Assembly: GCA_050116835.1 (NCBI GenBank)
Contig: JASFNW010000002.1
Span: 6,004 to 70,003 of the forward strand
From: Desulfobacterales bacterium
GTDB lineage: Bacteria; Desulfobacterota; Desulfobacteria; Desulfobacterales; JAHEIW01
Reading direction: 5' to 3'
Length of the DNA: 64,000 nucleotides
In this document: piece after piece, positions 26,887-36,147 of the stretch
Layout: every line of letters starts with the position of its first letter
How positions within the stretch are numbered: position 1 is the stretch's first letter
The notes under the pieces: model-generated
Databases searched by the model: none
Told to the model about the DNA's origin: nothing
Seen by the model: the letters and a program-made list of their open reading frames with translations, nothing else
Position numbers and translations under genes: made by a program

Positions 26887-27651
26887 TCAGGAGGCTTTTT
26901 CCATTTTCGGCTTTTTGCCGATAAACTGTAATTTGACGGGACCGATCTGGATGATATCCAACTCATTTAGTTTTATCGGTTTGTTGGATGTCTTTTGATC
27001 ATTGATTTTGGGTTTCGCCAGGCCGTCCACATAGCTGAAATAATAGCCATCCCGGGTGCGACTGATGGTGGCAGCCGTTTTTCCGATATTCCATCCTTTA
27101 ATGACGATGTCACTGGACGCGTCTTTGCCAATTTTAGTGACCTTTTGTTTGAGGGCCAGTGTGCCCTCACCACCGACCAGATAGGTGATGTATCCTCGGA
27201 CCGGCTTTTTTTTGCTGTTCTCAGCGGGCTTCAACTCCGGCCGAGCAGCAGTTTTCGGCTGGGGAGCGTTTGGGTTCATCATGGATCGGTACTCACTGGT
27301 GTCCATCACCATGGTTTTTTCCATTTCGCTTTGTTCTTTGTCTTCCGGTCGGACTTCACTGTCAAAATAGGCAAAGGTAAGAGAATGCTTGCCGATATAA
27401 ACGACATCACCATCCTGCAGCCAGTGCGAGCCGACCAGTTGCTGGTTGATAAAAGAGCCATTTTTGCTCTTCAAATCGATGTAGACAAATCCGTCGCCGG
27501 CAGAATCGATTTTACCATGATGGCTGGATACTGCCAGGTTATCAATGACAATATCGTTGTCTTTGCGGCGTCCAATTTTCAGGGAACACCCCGGTGGCAA
27601 ATGATAATCGGCTAAAACGTTATTTTTAAATTTAAGCGTGATTTTTGGCAT
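26887..27651 (-). CDS. double FHA-domain protein
   Basis: N-terminal FHA: LKIGRRKDNDIVIDNLAVSSHHGKI...SKNGSFIN. C-terminal FHA-like: TKIGKDASSDIVIKG...TISRTRDGYYF...IQIG. A Pro/Lys-rich linker separates them. Confidence 0.8.
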   Translation of the reverse strand: MPKITLKFKNNVLADYHLPPGCSLKIGRRKDNDIVIDNLAVSSHHGKIDSAGDGFVYIDLKSKNGSFINQQLVGSHWLQDGDVVYIGKHSLTFAYFDSEVRPEDKEQSEMEKTMVMDTSEYRSMMNPNAPQPKTAARPELKPAENSKKKPVRGYITYLVGGEGTLALKQKVTKIGKDASSDIVIKGWNIGKTAATISRTRDGYYFSYVDGLAKPKINDQKTSNKPIKLNELDIIQIGPVKLQFIGKKPKMEKAS

Positions 27652-27683
27652 AAGTCAGTTCGATTTTTTTGTTTTTCGGGCTG

Positions 27684-28511
27684 CTAATGGATGTTGAATA
27701 ATTTTTGAAATATGTTTTTAAAGCGCCCGGAAATCCTACGGTTATTTTTTGCGTCGAATTTAATTCTAAGCACAATTGCGGTAATATTGTCTTCACCACC
27801 CCGGGCATTTGCCAGATCGACGAGTTTACGGCAGGCCCGGTCTGATCGTTGATTATCAACCAGGTCAAGAATTTCTTTAGGAGTTGCTTTGTCGGTCAAT
27901 CCATCTGAACTAATCACCAGGATATCGTTCCTGAAAAACGGCATTTCCTTTATGTCGGCTTTCACGAATTTGTCGACACCCATTGCACGGGTCAGTACAT
28001 GCTTAAAGTCATTCCATAATAATTGAGCGTTTTCCGGATCCAGTTCGGCTTGCTCGGCCACCAGTGTATGCGGAACAGAAAGCAACTCAATTTTGCCATC
28101 CCGAATCAAGTAAACCAGACTGTCGCCCACATTGGCAACAATAAAGGTTTCGTCGGTCAGGTACACGGCAGAAACCGTTGACCCCATCCCCCTGTAGTCC
28201 TCGTTTTGCTGAGCCGCCTGATGAACGACATGGTTGGACAGGTGTATACCGGTCAGCAGTCGGCGTGCATCCTCAGACAGTTTATCATCGGCTTTGATCG
28301 AATGCTTCACGGAGTCCTGGCTTGAGTTCTGATTCAAGTAGTCACGGATGGTATCGACAACCAGTTTGCTGGCCACTTCGCCCGCATTGTGCCCGCCCAT
28401 GCCGTCCGCTACTACGTAAAGCCCCATGCCGTCATCGTAGAATAAAGAATCTTCATTCAGTTCTCTTCTTCTGCCGATGTCGGTAATGCCCGCAGATTCA
28501 ATTTCAATCAT
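27684..28511 (-). CDS. PP2C-family Ser/Thr protein phosphatase
   Basis: TDIGRRRELNEDS, VADGMGGHNAGEVAS, SSDGLTD, GGEDNITAIV. Confidence 0.9.
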   Translation of the reverse strand: MIEIESAGITDIGRRRELNEDSLFYDDGMGLYVVADGMGGHNAGEVASKLVVDTIRDYLNQNSSQDSVKHSIKADDKLSEDARRLLTGIHLSNHVVHQAAQQNEDYRGMGSTVSAVYLTDETFIVANVGDSLVYLIRDGKIELLSVPHTLVAEQAELDPENAQLLWNDFKHVLTRAMGVDKFVKADIKEMPFFRNDILVISSDGLTDKATPKEILDLVDNQRSDRACRKLVDLANARGGEDNITAIVLRIKFDAKNNRRISGRFKNIFQKLFNIH

Positions 28512-28841
28512 ATAACCTTTTTTCAGAATTTGGTTGACTTTTCGCCGATGAATGCGTTTTGATGCTTAAATTGTGCGTCTGAGATAGTAATTTAACTAAC
28601 TAGCTATTATTATTATTTATATTATAAAAATGGCTTTTGGTCAAGTCTTAGGGAATTTCTGATTTATTATCAATGGGTTGGCAGAATGGCCGCCAAGCGG
28701 GCCTTGTTGCAAAAAAGCAGTTGCAGGCAGGTGGGCCTTTTAACATGTGCATCATTAATGGCCATGATAATAGCGTCATAAGAATGCCGGCGCTGGTATG
28801 GTTTTTTAAGCGTATCTGCGTCCGCGAAACGGAGCAGTGAG

Positions 28842-30077
28842 ATGGCGGGCATTTGTTTTTTGAAAAATTCGATTCAGGAATATGCCTGGGGTTCGACACA
28901 ATCAATTCCGAAGCTGCTCGGCCGGCCGAATACCGAAAATCGACCTCAGGCAGAACTCTGGATGGGGGCACATCCCAAAGCCCCATCCTTAGCCCGCCAC
29001 AAGGGACGCTGGGTATCCCTGCAACATCTGATATCTCAGGACCCCGAAGGTATCTTGGGGAAGACGGTCGCAAAAAAATTCAATAACCGCCTGCCATTTT
29101 TGTTTAAGGTGCTGGCGGCCGCAAAGCCACTTTCCATTCAGGCCCATCCCAACAGACAACAGGCTCAAAAAGGTTTTCAGCGCGAAAATGAGCAAAAAAT
29201 TCTTTTAGATGCCGTCGAACGCAATTACCGTGATGATTATCACAAACCCGAATGTATCTGCGCATTAACCCGTTTTTGGGCCCTAAGCCGATTCCGAAGG
29301 ATTGCGAGCATCATAACCGATCTGCAACAGCTGAATCTTACACCGCTCAATGATATGCTGACCAAATTAAAACAACACCCAACACCCCAAGGGCTTAAGC
29401 GATTTTACACATCCTTGATGTCTCTAAGTCAAGATCAAAACAAACGGGTTGTTGGTGAAGCGCTCAAAAAAGCACGACAAGATACAGCTGATGGTCCGGA
29501 GTTTCAGTGGATGATAAAACTGGCCAGTCATTATCCGGAGGACATCGGAGTGCTTTCACCATTTTTTTTGAATCTGATCTGTCTTGAACCGGGTCAGGCC
29601 ATTTATTTGGATGCCGGTGAACTCCATGCTTATCTGGAGGGACTGGGAATTGAACTGATGGCGAATTCCGATAATGTCCTGCGTGGCGGATTAACGCCCA
29701 AACACGTGGATGTGCCGGAGTTGCTGCGCATATTGAATTTTGAAGGTCGCGATATTACCCTTCTGACACCTCAGGCTTCAGGCGCAAATGAGCTCATTTA
29801 CCCCAGCCCGGCTGCAGAATTTGTTTTATCGGTTATCACCCTGAGCGCGGGCGACGGTTATCAAAGCCCCTCGCGGCGCAATGTCGAAATTATCATCTGC
29901 ACACAGGGAAATCTGACGATCGCCGAGCACGATTCGCAGGTCGAAATCGCGCTACCACAGGGCACTTCTGCGCTCATACCTGCATCCGTGACGCGATATG
30001 GCCTGAAAGGGGAGGGGGTCTGTTATAAGGCCGGCGTACCCCTCTCCGTTGAGCACGATCGCTCAACGGAAAGTTAA
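28842..30077 (+). CDS. manA: mannose-6-phosphate isomerase, class I
   Basis: QEYAWGS, ELWMGAHP, LPFLFKVLAAAKPLSIQAHPN, HAYLEG..IELMANSDNVLRGGLTPKH. Confidence 0.9.
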   Translation: MAGICFLKNSIQEYAWGSTQSIPKLLGRPNTENRPQAELWMGAHPKAPSLARHKGRWVSLQHLISQDPEGILGKTVAKKFNNRLPFLFKVLAAAKPLSIQAHPNRQQAQKGFQRENEQKILLDAVERNYRDDYHKPECICALTRFWALSRFRRIASIITDLQQLNLTPLNDMLTKLKQHPTPQGLKRFYTSLMSLSQDQNKRVVGEALKKARQDTADGPEFQWMIKLASHYPEDIGVLSPFFLNLICLEPGQAIYLDAGELHAYLEGLGIELMANSDNVLRGGLTPKHVDVPELLRILNFEGRDITLLTPQASGANELIYPSPAAEFVLSVITLSAGDGYQSPSRRNVEIIICTQGNLTIAEHDSQVEIALPQGTSALIPASVTRYGLKGEGVCYKAGVPLSVEHDRSTES

Positions 30078-30291
30078 TCGTTAAATGAATAACAGTCACC
30101 GGGTAATACTTTTTCATTACTAAATTCATTTGCCCCGCCTCCTTTCCTAATACTCCTTTAGAGGTCTTGCACTTAAAGTATTAAAAAAAATACGACAGGT
30201 GCCGTATTGCGATCAAAGTGTGTATCAGCTAAAATATGCCTAAATTGATATGCGAACGTCTTAATTTTAAGCGTCTGGGGGTGATTGAAAT

Positions 30292-30573
30292 ATGAGGCGT
30301 TTTCCATTATTTTGGTTGGGTTTCGTGGTCCTGTTTGTCGCCTATGTCTGTCTGGGCTCGGTGTGGGCACAGGAAAGCGAAAGAATTAATATCAACACCG
30401 CTTCTGCCAAGGAACTGGCTGGTTTGCAGAATGTCGGTCCCAAATACGCGGTGCGCATCATCGAGCATCGCCAGAAGTACGGCCCCTTCAAACTGACCGA
30501 AGAGCTGATGGATGTTCCGGGAATTGGCTTTCGGACGTTTGATAGAATCAAAGATCAGATCATCGCGCAATAA
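30292..30573 (+). CDS. ComEA-like helix-hairpin-helix DNA-binding protein (secreted)
   Basis: Signal peptide, then ININTASAKELAGLQNVGPKYAVRIIEHRQKYGPFKLTEELMDVPGIG. Confidence 0.8.
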   Translation: MRRFPLFWLGFVVLFVAYVCLGSVWAQESERININTASAKELAGLQNVGPKYAVRIIEHRQKYGPFKLTEELMDVPGIGFRTFDRIKDQIIAQ

Positions 30574-30606
30574 GCGCCATACTCCATCATGTGAGCGCTC
30601 CGAAAA

Positions 30607-30643
30607 TCAGCCACCCCAGATAGACGGGTGGCTGATTCATTTT
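30607..30643 (+). terminator. rho-independent terminator after the first ComEA-like gene
   Basis: TCAGCCACCC-cagatagac-GGGTGGCTGA forms a perfect 10-bp stem and is followed by TTCATTTT. Confidence 0.6.
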
Positions 30644-30778
30644 GGAGCGGGTCAATTTGCTTTTGTCCTGCAATAAGAAGTCTCTCTACAAAATGGCAGC
30701 ATCAGGGTAAAGAAAAAACGACGTTGTCGCATTATGCTGTTAGCTGCTCCTGTAAACTGCTCTTAAAGGAGGTACAAC

Positions 30779-31066
30779 ATGAGGAAGCGAAACCCCTTTT
30801 TCCGAATGGTCGTAATTTTGGCTGCGATCTTTTTGAATGTGGCGGCTTTGCAGGCCGATGATAATCGCAAAATAAATATCAACGTGGCATCCGTCGAAGA
30901 ATTGGTTCAGCTAAAAGGTATTGGTCCCAAAAAAGCGGCAATGATCATCGACTTCAGGGAAACCAACGGTCCGTTCCGGCTGCCCGAAGATATCATGAAG
31001 GTTCCTGGAATCGGTCCCAAAACTTTCGAGTTCAACAAGGAACGAATTGAGGTAAAAGTCGATTAA
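30779..31066 (+). CDS. ComEA-like helix-hairpin-helix DNA-binding protein (secreted), paralog
   Basis: AGGAGG RBS, signal peptide, then ININVASVEELVQLKGIGPKKAAMIIDFRETNGPFRLPEDIMKVPGIGPKTF. Confidence 0.8.
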   Translation: MRKRNPFFRMVVILAAIFLNVAALQADDNRKININVASVEELVQLKGIGPKKAAMIIDFRETNGPFRLPEDIMKVPGIGPKTFEFNKERIEVKVD

Positions 31067-31376
31067 GGGCGGGGATCGCTTCAATCACACCTATGGTCTG
31101 CTGTTGAATATTAAAATACTGCCGCTCACCGGTCATATTCCAATCGAGAATTTCTTCAGACAACCACACCCGTATCAAAAGCAGGTATTGATAAAAAAAT
31201 AGCCTGTATTTTTCTAATTTTTGCAAATTTTCATTTTTTTCTGGCATGCTTTTCGCAGCAAACTATCAATTATTTGCTTAAATTTAAGATATTTCTTGAC
31301 AAACCCCATGTAGATAAGTTAGCACTTGCGTGCAAAATTATTTAAGTCGTTAACGCTTCGGAGGAGCAGGTGATCT

Positions 31377-31664
31377 ATGACACTCACAAAAGCAATGATC
31401 GTTGATGCCATTCATGAGCAGCTTGGATACCCCAAAAACAAATCCGCCGAAATGCTAGAAACGCTGCTGGAATTGATCAAAACGAACCTCGAAAAAGGCG
31501 AGGATGTGTTGATCAGCGGATTCGGTAAATTTTGCGTCAAGGCAAAGAATCAGCGTCGCGGACGTAACCCTGCTACCGGAGAGGACATGATACTCGATCA
31601 ACGCCGAGTGGTCACCTTCAGATGTTCCCACCTGCTGAGAGAAAAGATTAACAGCTCCTATTAG
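31377..31664 (+). CDS. ihfA: integration host factor / HU-family DNA-bending protein (IHF-alpha-like)
   Basis: 95 aa, GGAGGAG RBS. LISGFGKFCVKAKNQRRGRNPATGEDMILDQRRVVTFRCSHLLREKIN. Confidence 0.85.
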   Translation: MTLTKAMIVDAIHEQLGYPKNKSAEMLETLLELIKTNLEKGEDVLISGFGKFCVKAKNQRRGRNPATGEDMILDQRRVVTFRCSHLLREKINSSY

Positions 31665-31838
31665 TATTTGGGATTCGACGGATTCTGCGGCTCCGTCGTT
31701 AAATCCAAACCCGTCACAGAAGATTAACGGATTGGAGGAGGTCACAGGCTGACATGCCACTTCAATTTTCACGCTTGGCTTCTTTTGATTCAGGCATCTC
31801 TTCAATTTGAATGAGATGCTTTTTTATGGATAAGATCA

Positions 31839-32285
31839 ATGCCTGGCATTTTGATCCGATGGCTAACTACCACAGCCGCCATTTTAGCCACCGCTTATTT
31901 GCTGGATGGCATCCATGTGAGCGGTTTTTTTCCCGCATTTTTTGCAGCGGCCGTGTTGGGAATTCTGAACGCTTTTTTCAGACCGATCGCATTGCTGCTG
32001 ACCCTGCCCATTAACATTTTAAGCCTTGGCCTGTTTACCTTTATCATCAATGCACTGATGTTAAAACTGGCTTCGGGTATGATTCCGGGATTTGGTGTCT
32101 ATGGTTTCTGGACAGCCATTTTCGGGTCCTTGTTGATCAGCCTGATCAGCTGGCTCCTCAATTCCTTTATCAACGAAAAGGGTACGGTGACCTCCATTCA
32201 CTTCAAGCATGGTCATCGTCCGATGAGGGACGAGCAAAACGATACGATTGATCTGGAGCATAAGGGGGATAACCGCTGGGAATAA
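31839..32285 (+). CDS. DUF360 / holin-superfamily-IV-like 4-TM membrane protein
   Basis: 148 aa. WLTTTAAILATAYLL.GIHV....AFFAAAVLGILNAFFRPIALLLTLPINILSLGLFTFIINALML matches my recollection of the PF04020 family. Confidence 0.65.
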   Translation: MPGILIRWLTTTAAILATAYLLDGIHVSGFFPAFFAAAVLGILNAFFRPIALLLTLPINILSLGLFTFIINALMLKLASGMIPGFGVYGFWTAIFGSLLISLISWLLNSFINEKGTVTSIHFKHGHRPMRDEQNDTIDLEHKGDNRWE

Positions 32286-32295
32286 AAACAAAAAG

Positions 32296-32332
32296 AAAAC
32301 CCTCCAGCCGATTCGGGCTGCAGGGTTTTTTG
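32296..32332. terminator. bidirectional rho-independent terminator
   Basis: CCCTCCAGCC-gattcg-GGCTGCAGGG forms a 10-bp stem with one mismatch. It is flanked by an A-run upstream and TTTTTT downstream, between convergent genes. Confidence 0.65.
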
Positions 32333-32350
32333 GGCTTGAGATAAACGTTG

Positions 32351-33757
32351 CTATTCTTTGAAAATAGCCTTAGGTCGCTGGGTGTCTCCGGTGGCGTTGG
32401 GGAAATCTTCTGCGACGTATGCTTTCTTGCCGGTTTCAATCAGATGGTTGGCCTCTTCCATAAAGCCGGTAAAACGCAATTTGCACTCGTAGAAGCCGTG
32501 CCACCAGGCGTAGTCAGGCGCCATCATCATCGCACCCATGCGGGCGCGCCGGCCTTCATGGTGCCATAATTCGTAATACTCGACCTCTAAGCGCTCATCG
32601 AAAAACGTGGTTTTGTCCAGAAGGCCCTTTTCGTAAAGCTCGTCAAGTTTGGCCTTTGCCGGTTTGAAGTAAACCTCGTTATACTCCTCCACCGCCTTGT
32701 CGAAACCATTATAAAAATCATTGATCCAGGCATCGCCATGGCAGGCGCTGCAGATGTTTTTCATTTTCTGGCGTTCATCTTGCCAGTTGGTTCCTGAGGG
32801 AAAAGGCTTGAAGTCCTGGGGACGAACCGTCAGAGGAGCCTGGGTCTCCCAGGAAAGCCGCGAAGTCACATCATGGCTGGTGGGTTCTTTTCCGGAGCCG
32901 GACATGTGGCAGGCCGCACAGGTAGGCGCGCGGTAATCCACACCCGCAGTCCAGGTGCCGCCAGCCGCATTGAAATTGTATTCAGACTTGTATGCATGGT
33001 AGATGGTTCCGTGCTTGGACTCTTCATAGATTTCGATCTGGGGATGATCCGGACCCAGGTGGCACTGATCGCAGGCCTCCGGCATGCGGGCTTCGGCCAC
33101 CGAAAACCGATGACGGGTATGGCACGAGGTGCAGGCGCCCTTACTGCCGTCTAAATTGAGCCGCCCGACACCGGCGTTGGGCCAGGTACTGGGATCGATT
33201 TTGCCGTTTTCATCGATTTGGATCACCGTGCCGTGACAGTTGAAGCAGCCGGTCTTGCGCTCATTGTCCGAGTTCATCCCCTTGTTCAACCAGGGATCCA
33301 GCTTCCATATAATTTCGATGGTGTTGGCATGTTTGCTTTTGCTGTACTGGGTCGCTTCATCCGGATGGCAGCGGGAGCAGTCCTTGGGCGTGACAATCGA
33401 GGCGATCGGCATTTTGTATTTGGTTTCTCCCCAGGGCATATCCGATCGGCTATAGTACTTCTCATGATCCTGAGCGATGTCCCGATCTCCGGGCTGGACC
33501 AGGTGGCAGTCAAGACAGGTAATATTGGCATTGGCATGGCGGCTCTTGGCCCAGTCTGCGAAAACACCGGGAGTGGTTGTTCGGTGGCATTCAATGCATG
33601 CCTGGGCCTCCGGAGGGACACTACGCTCGATTCGATATTCCTTGACCTTGGCAAAATTGGGTTGCTGGGCCATGGCTGTAAAGGCGATCAGCCCGACGGC
33701 CAGCAAACCGATGGTAAACGACAGCAATGTTCGCCTCATGGGTCCTGCTCCTTTCAA
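32351..33757 (-). CDS. octaheme hydroxylamine-oxidoreductase-like cytochrome c (HAO family)
   Basis: Signal peptide plus eight CxxCH motifs: CIECH, CLDCH, CSRCH, CFNCH, CTSCH, CDQCH, CAACH, CSACH. The overall layout is HAO-like. Confidence 0.8.
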   Translation of the reverse strand: MKGAGPMRRTLLSFTIGLLAVGLIAFTAMAQQPNFAKVKEYRIERSVPPEAQACIECHRTTTPGVFADWAKSRHANANITCLDCHLVQPGDRDIAQDHEKYYSRSDMPWGETKYKMPIASIVTPKDCSRCHPDEATQYSKSKHANTIEIIWKLDPWLNKGMNSDNERKTGCFNCHGTVIQIDENGKIDPSTWPNAGVGRLNLDGSKGACTSCHTRHRFSVAEARMPEACDQCHLGPDHPQIEIYEESKHGTIYHAYKSEYNFNAAGGTWTAGVDYRAPTCAACHMSGSGKEPTSHDVTSRLSWETQAPLTVRPQDFKPFPSGTNWQDERQKMKNICSACHGDAWINDFYNGFDKAVEEYNEVYFKPAKAKLDELYEKGLLDKTTFFDERLEVEYYELWHHEGRRARMGAMMMAPDYAWWHGFYECKLRFTGFMEEANHLIETGKKAYVAEDFPNATGDTQRPKAIFKE

Positions 33758-33801
33758 TTGATTTTATTATGATGATAGAAGAAAGTTCCCTAAGAACAGT
33801 T

Positions 33802-34404
33802 CTAAAGTTGTCTGAGCCCTTTGGCCTGGTAAGGCACCTTGCGGGTCTGGCGAAACATCACCAGGCCTCTTTCTGAATGCACCAGATCATAATGACAGTC
33901 GACACATTTTTTCGCATATCCCGGTCTGGCATACAGCACCGAGCGATGGGCCAGCATGGCACCGCGTTGATAGGGCATGTGGAGTAAATTGCGGTGGCAT
34001 TTTTGGCACTCCCGGTTATCAAAAGCGGCATAGGCATTTTTGCGTGCTTTTTCCCGGTTATAGTCACCGCTAATAAAATGAATCACCACGTCTTTGATGC
34101 CGTGGTAGCTCTTGGCAAAGAAAAAGTCGAAGGTTTCCTGGGGGGACGGCAGGTGACAATCCATGCAATCGACGACAACGCCGGAGGCATTATTGGCATG
34201 TGTCGATGAACGCCAGGCCACCACCGCAGGTTTTATTTCATGGCAGGTTGCGCAAAAATCAGGCGTGGAGGTGCGAACCATGGTAAAATAAGACATGCTA
34301 AACAAGGGAAAGGCGATAAGGATGCCGATGGCAATGAAAATGGCAGGTTTGATGGCTTTTTTCCAGAAAGGTTTCTTTATCGCAGAATTACCCGCCTTGG
34401 CCAT
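33802..34404 (-). CDS. NapC/NirT/NrfH-family membrane tetraheme cytochrome c (quinol dehydrogenase)
   Basis: N-terminal TM helix and four CxxCH motifs (CATCH, CMDCH, CQKCH, CVDCH). It lies 44 nt upstream of the HAO-like gene on the same strand. Confidence 0.85.
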   Translation of the reverse strand: MAKAGNSAIKKPFWKKAIKPAIFIAIGILIAFPLFSMSYFTMVRTSTPDFCATCHEIKPAVVAWRSSTHANNASGVVVDCMDCHLPSPQETFDFFFAKSYHGIKDVVIHFISGDYNREKARKNAYAAFDNRECQKCHRNLLHMPYQRGAMLAHRSVLYARPGYAKKCVDCHYDLVHSERGLVMFRQTRKVPYQAKGLRQL

Positions 34405-34662
34405 AGCACCTCCTGCGTTTGGGGTTGGCTTTCGTAGACGAAAATTTCTATATGACAGTGTATGATTAAAATCAAGAGAGAAATTCGCATATTTGACTCA
34501 AAATTGTGGCCTGTAAAAAAAATGCGGTTGCGGGTCAGGCTGATTTGAATGTTTGACAAATCAGGCCATCCGCGCTTATGATGCGGATAAACCAGCTCTG
34601 ACGCTTTGCATACGCTTTCGGTTTTTCATTTAACACCTGCCGGGTAATTAAAGGGTAGCACG

Positions 34663-36102
34663 TTGACTCAAAAACACAAAGTTCTGATCATGCGCTGTGA
34701 TGGGTATGACCCGGACCGAATTGCCGGCATTGTCAGCGAAGGCATGGCTGAATTGGACGTTGTTCCCACCGGCAGAATTCTGCTAAAACCCAACGTCGTG
34801 CTTGCCCATCCGCAATTTTTTCCCAATGCCTATACGCGGGCAGAATTTTTGGATGGTGTCCTGACAGCCATAAAATCACGGGCAGACGCCCCTGAGGAAA
34901 TTGCGGTGGGTGAGCGCTCCGGCATCACGGTGCCGACGCGTTTTAATTTTAAAAATGCCGGCTATCCGAAAATCATTAATCGGCACGGGGTCAAAGCCTA
35001 TTATTTTGACGAATCCAGACAGGTGCCGGTAAAGCTAAGAAGCCCGAATGCATTGCGATCTTCAGTTTACATTCCCAGGCCCATTGCCCGCAGTGATTTC
35101 CTTGTCAACCTGCCCAAATTTAAAGCCCATCCCTGGAGCCGCTTGACGCTGAGTCTTAAAAATTTTATCGGCCTGCAGGATGATCGTCATCGGCTGGTTG
35201 ATCATAATCAATTTCTGGAGCATAAAATTGCCGATTTGCAGGAAGTCATCGAGTCCAAATTCATTGCCATCGATGGCATTATTGCCGGCCAGAAAATGAT
35301 GCTCACCCCAACGCCATTTTTGCTGGGCGCCATTGTAATGGGGACCAACTCGTGTGCGGTTGACACCGTCGGATGCCACATGGTCGGTATAGACCCGCAA
35401 GAATTGACGCATCTGCGGTACGCATCCCAACGCGGCTACGGCCCGCTATCGTTGGACCAGGTTGATGTCGATGGGGACTATCCGCTGGAGGCGGTGCAGG
35501 AACACACCCAAAGCTTTAAGTTTTGTGTCGAACGCATTGATGATTATTTCAGCGGCAGCCGCAGACTCAACTGTACGGTGGGTAAATTTCCTGAAATGCA
35601 TTCCACTGAATATTGCTGGGGCGGATGCCCTGGAGCCCTGCAGGAAGCCATTCACATATTTCGCGCCTTTAATCCGGATGTCGGCCAACAGATGCGAAAA
35701 CTTCACTATGTTGTCGGTAAGGTTGATAAACCGCTTGACCTGGATGAAGACGAACGGGTCATCTTTGCCGGTGACTGCACCAGCTGGGAAGGCCAAATGG
35801 ACGGCAAAACCGTCAAGATTGAAGCGGGCTACAAAACTGTCGCGCAGGTCAATGTCCAAAAAACAGCTTCAAACGACATGTTCCAAAAAACGGTTTCAGC
35901 CCTGCTGCATGCCTTCAAAAAGCGATCGTCGCGATATATTCACGTCAGGGGATGTCCGGTATCGGTTGCCCAGCACGTCAATTACATCTCTGCGCTGGCA
36001 AACATCAAAAATCCCAATTTTGACCGTCGATTGATATTGCCGGTTATCCTGGCCTACGTACAAATGCGTCTCTTCCGGTTTCTAAATCGTTTTATGCCTT
36101 AG
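34663..36102 (+). CDS. DUF362-domain protein
   Basis: 479 aa with a TTG start. N-terminal VLIMRCDGYDP...ILLKPNVV and NLPKFKAHPW resemble DUF362. Family recalled from memory. Confidence 0.55.
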   Translation: MTQKHKVLIMRCDGYDPDRIAGIVSEGMAELDVVPTGRILLKPNVVLAHPQFFPNAYTRAEFLDGVLTAIKSRADAPEEIAVGERSGITVPTRFNFKNAGYPKIINRHGVKAYYFDESRQVPVKLRSPNALRSSVYIPRPIARSDFLVNLPKFKAHPWSRLTLSLKNFIGLQDDRHRLVDHNQFLEHKIADLQEVIESKFIAIDGIIAGQKMMLTPTPFLLGAIVMGTNSCAVDTVGCHMVGIDPQELTHLRYASQRGYGPLSLDQVDVDGDYPLEAVQEHTQSFKFCVERIDDYFSGSRRLNCTVGKFPEMHSTEYCWGGCPGALQEAIHIFRAFNPDVGQQMRKLHYVVGKVDKPLDLDEDERVIFAGDCTSWEGQMDGKTVKIEAGYKTVAQVNVQKTASNDMFQKTVSALLHAFKKRSSRYIHVRGCPVSVAQHVNYISALANIKNPNFDRRLILPVILAYVQMRLFRFLNRFMP

Positions 36103-36147
36103 GCGTTTATCAGCAGTCAACGCAGCGAAAAAGAAAGATATTATCGT

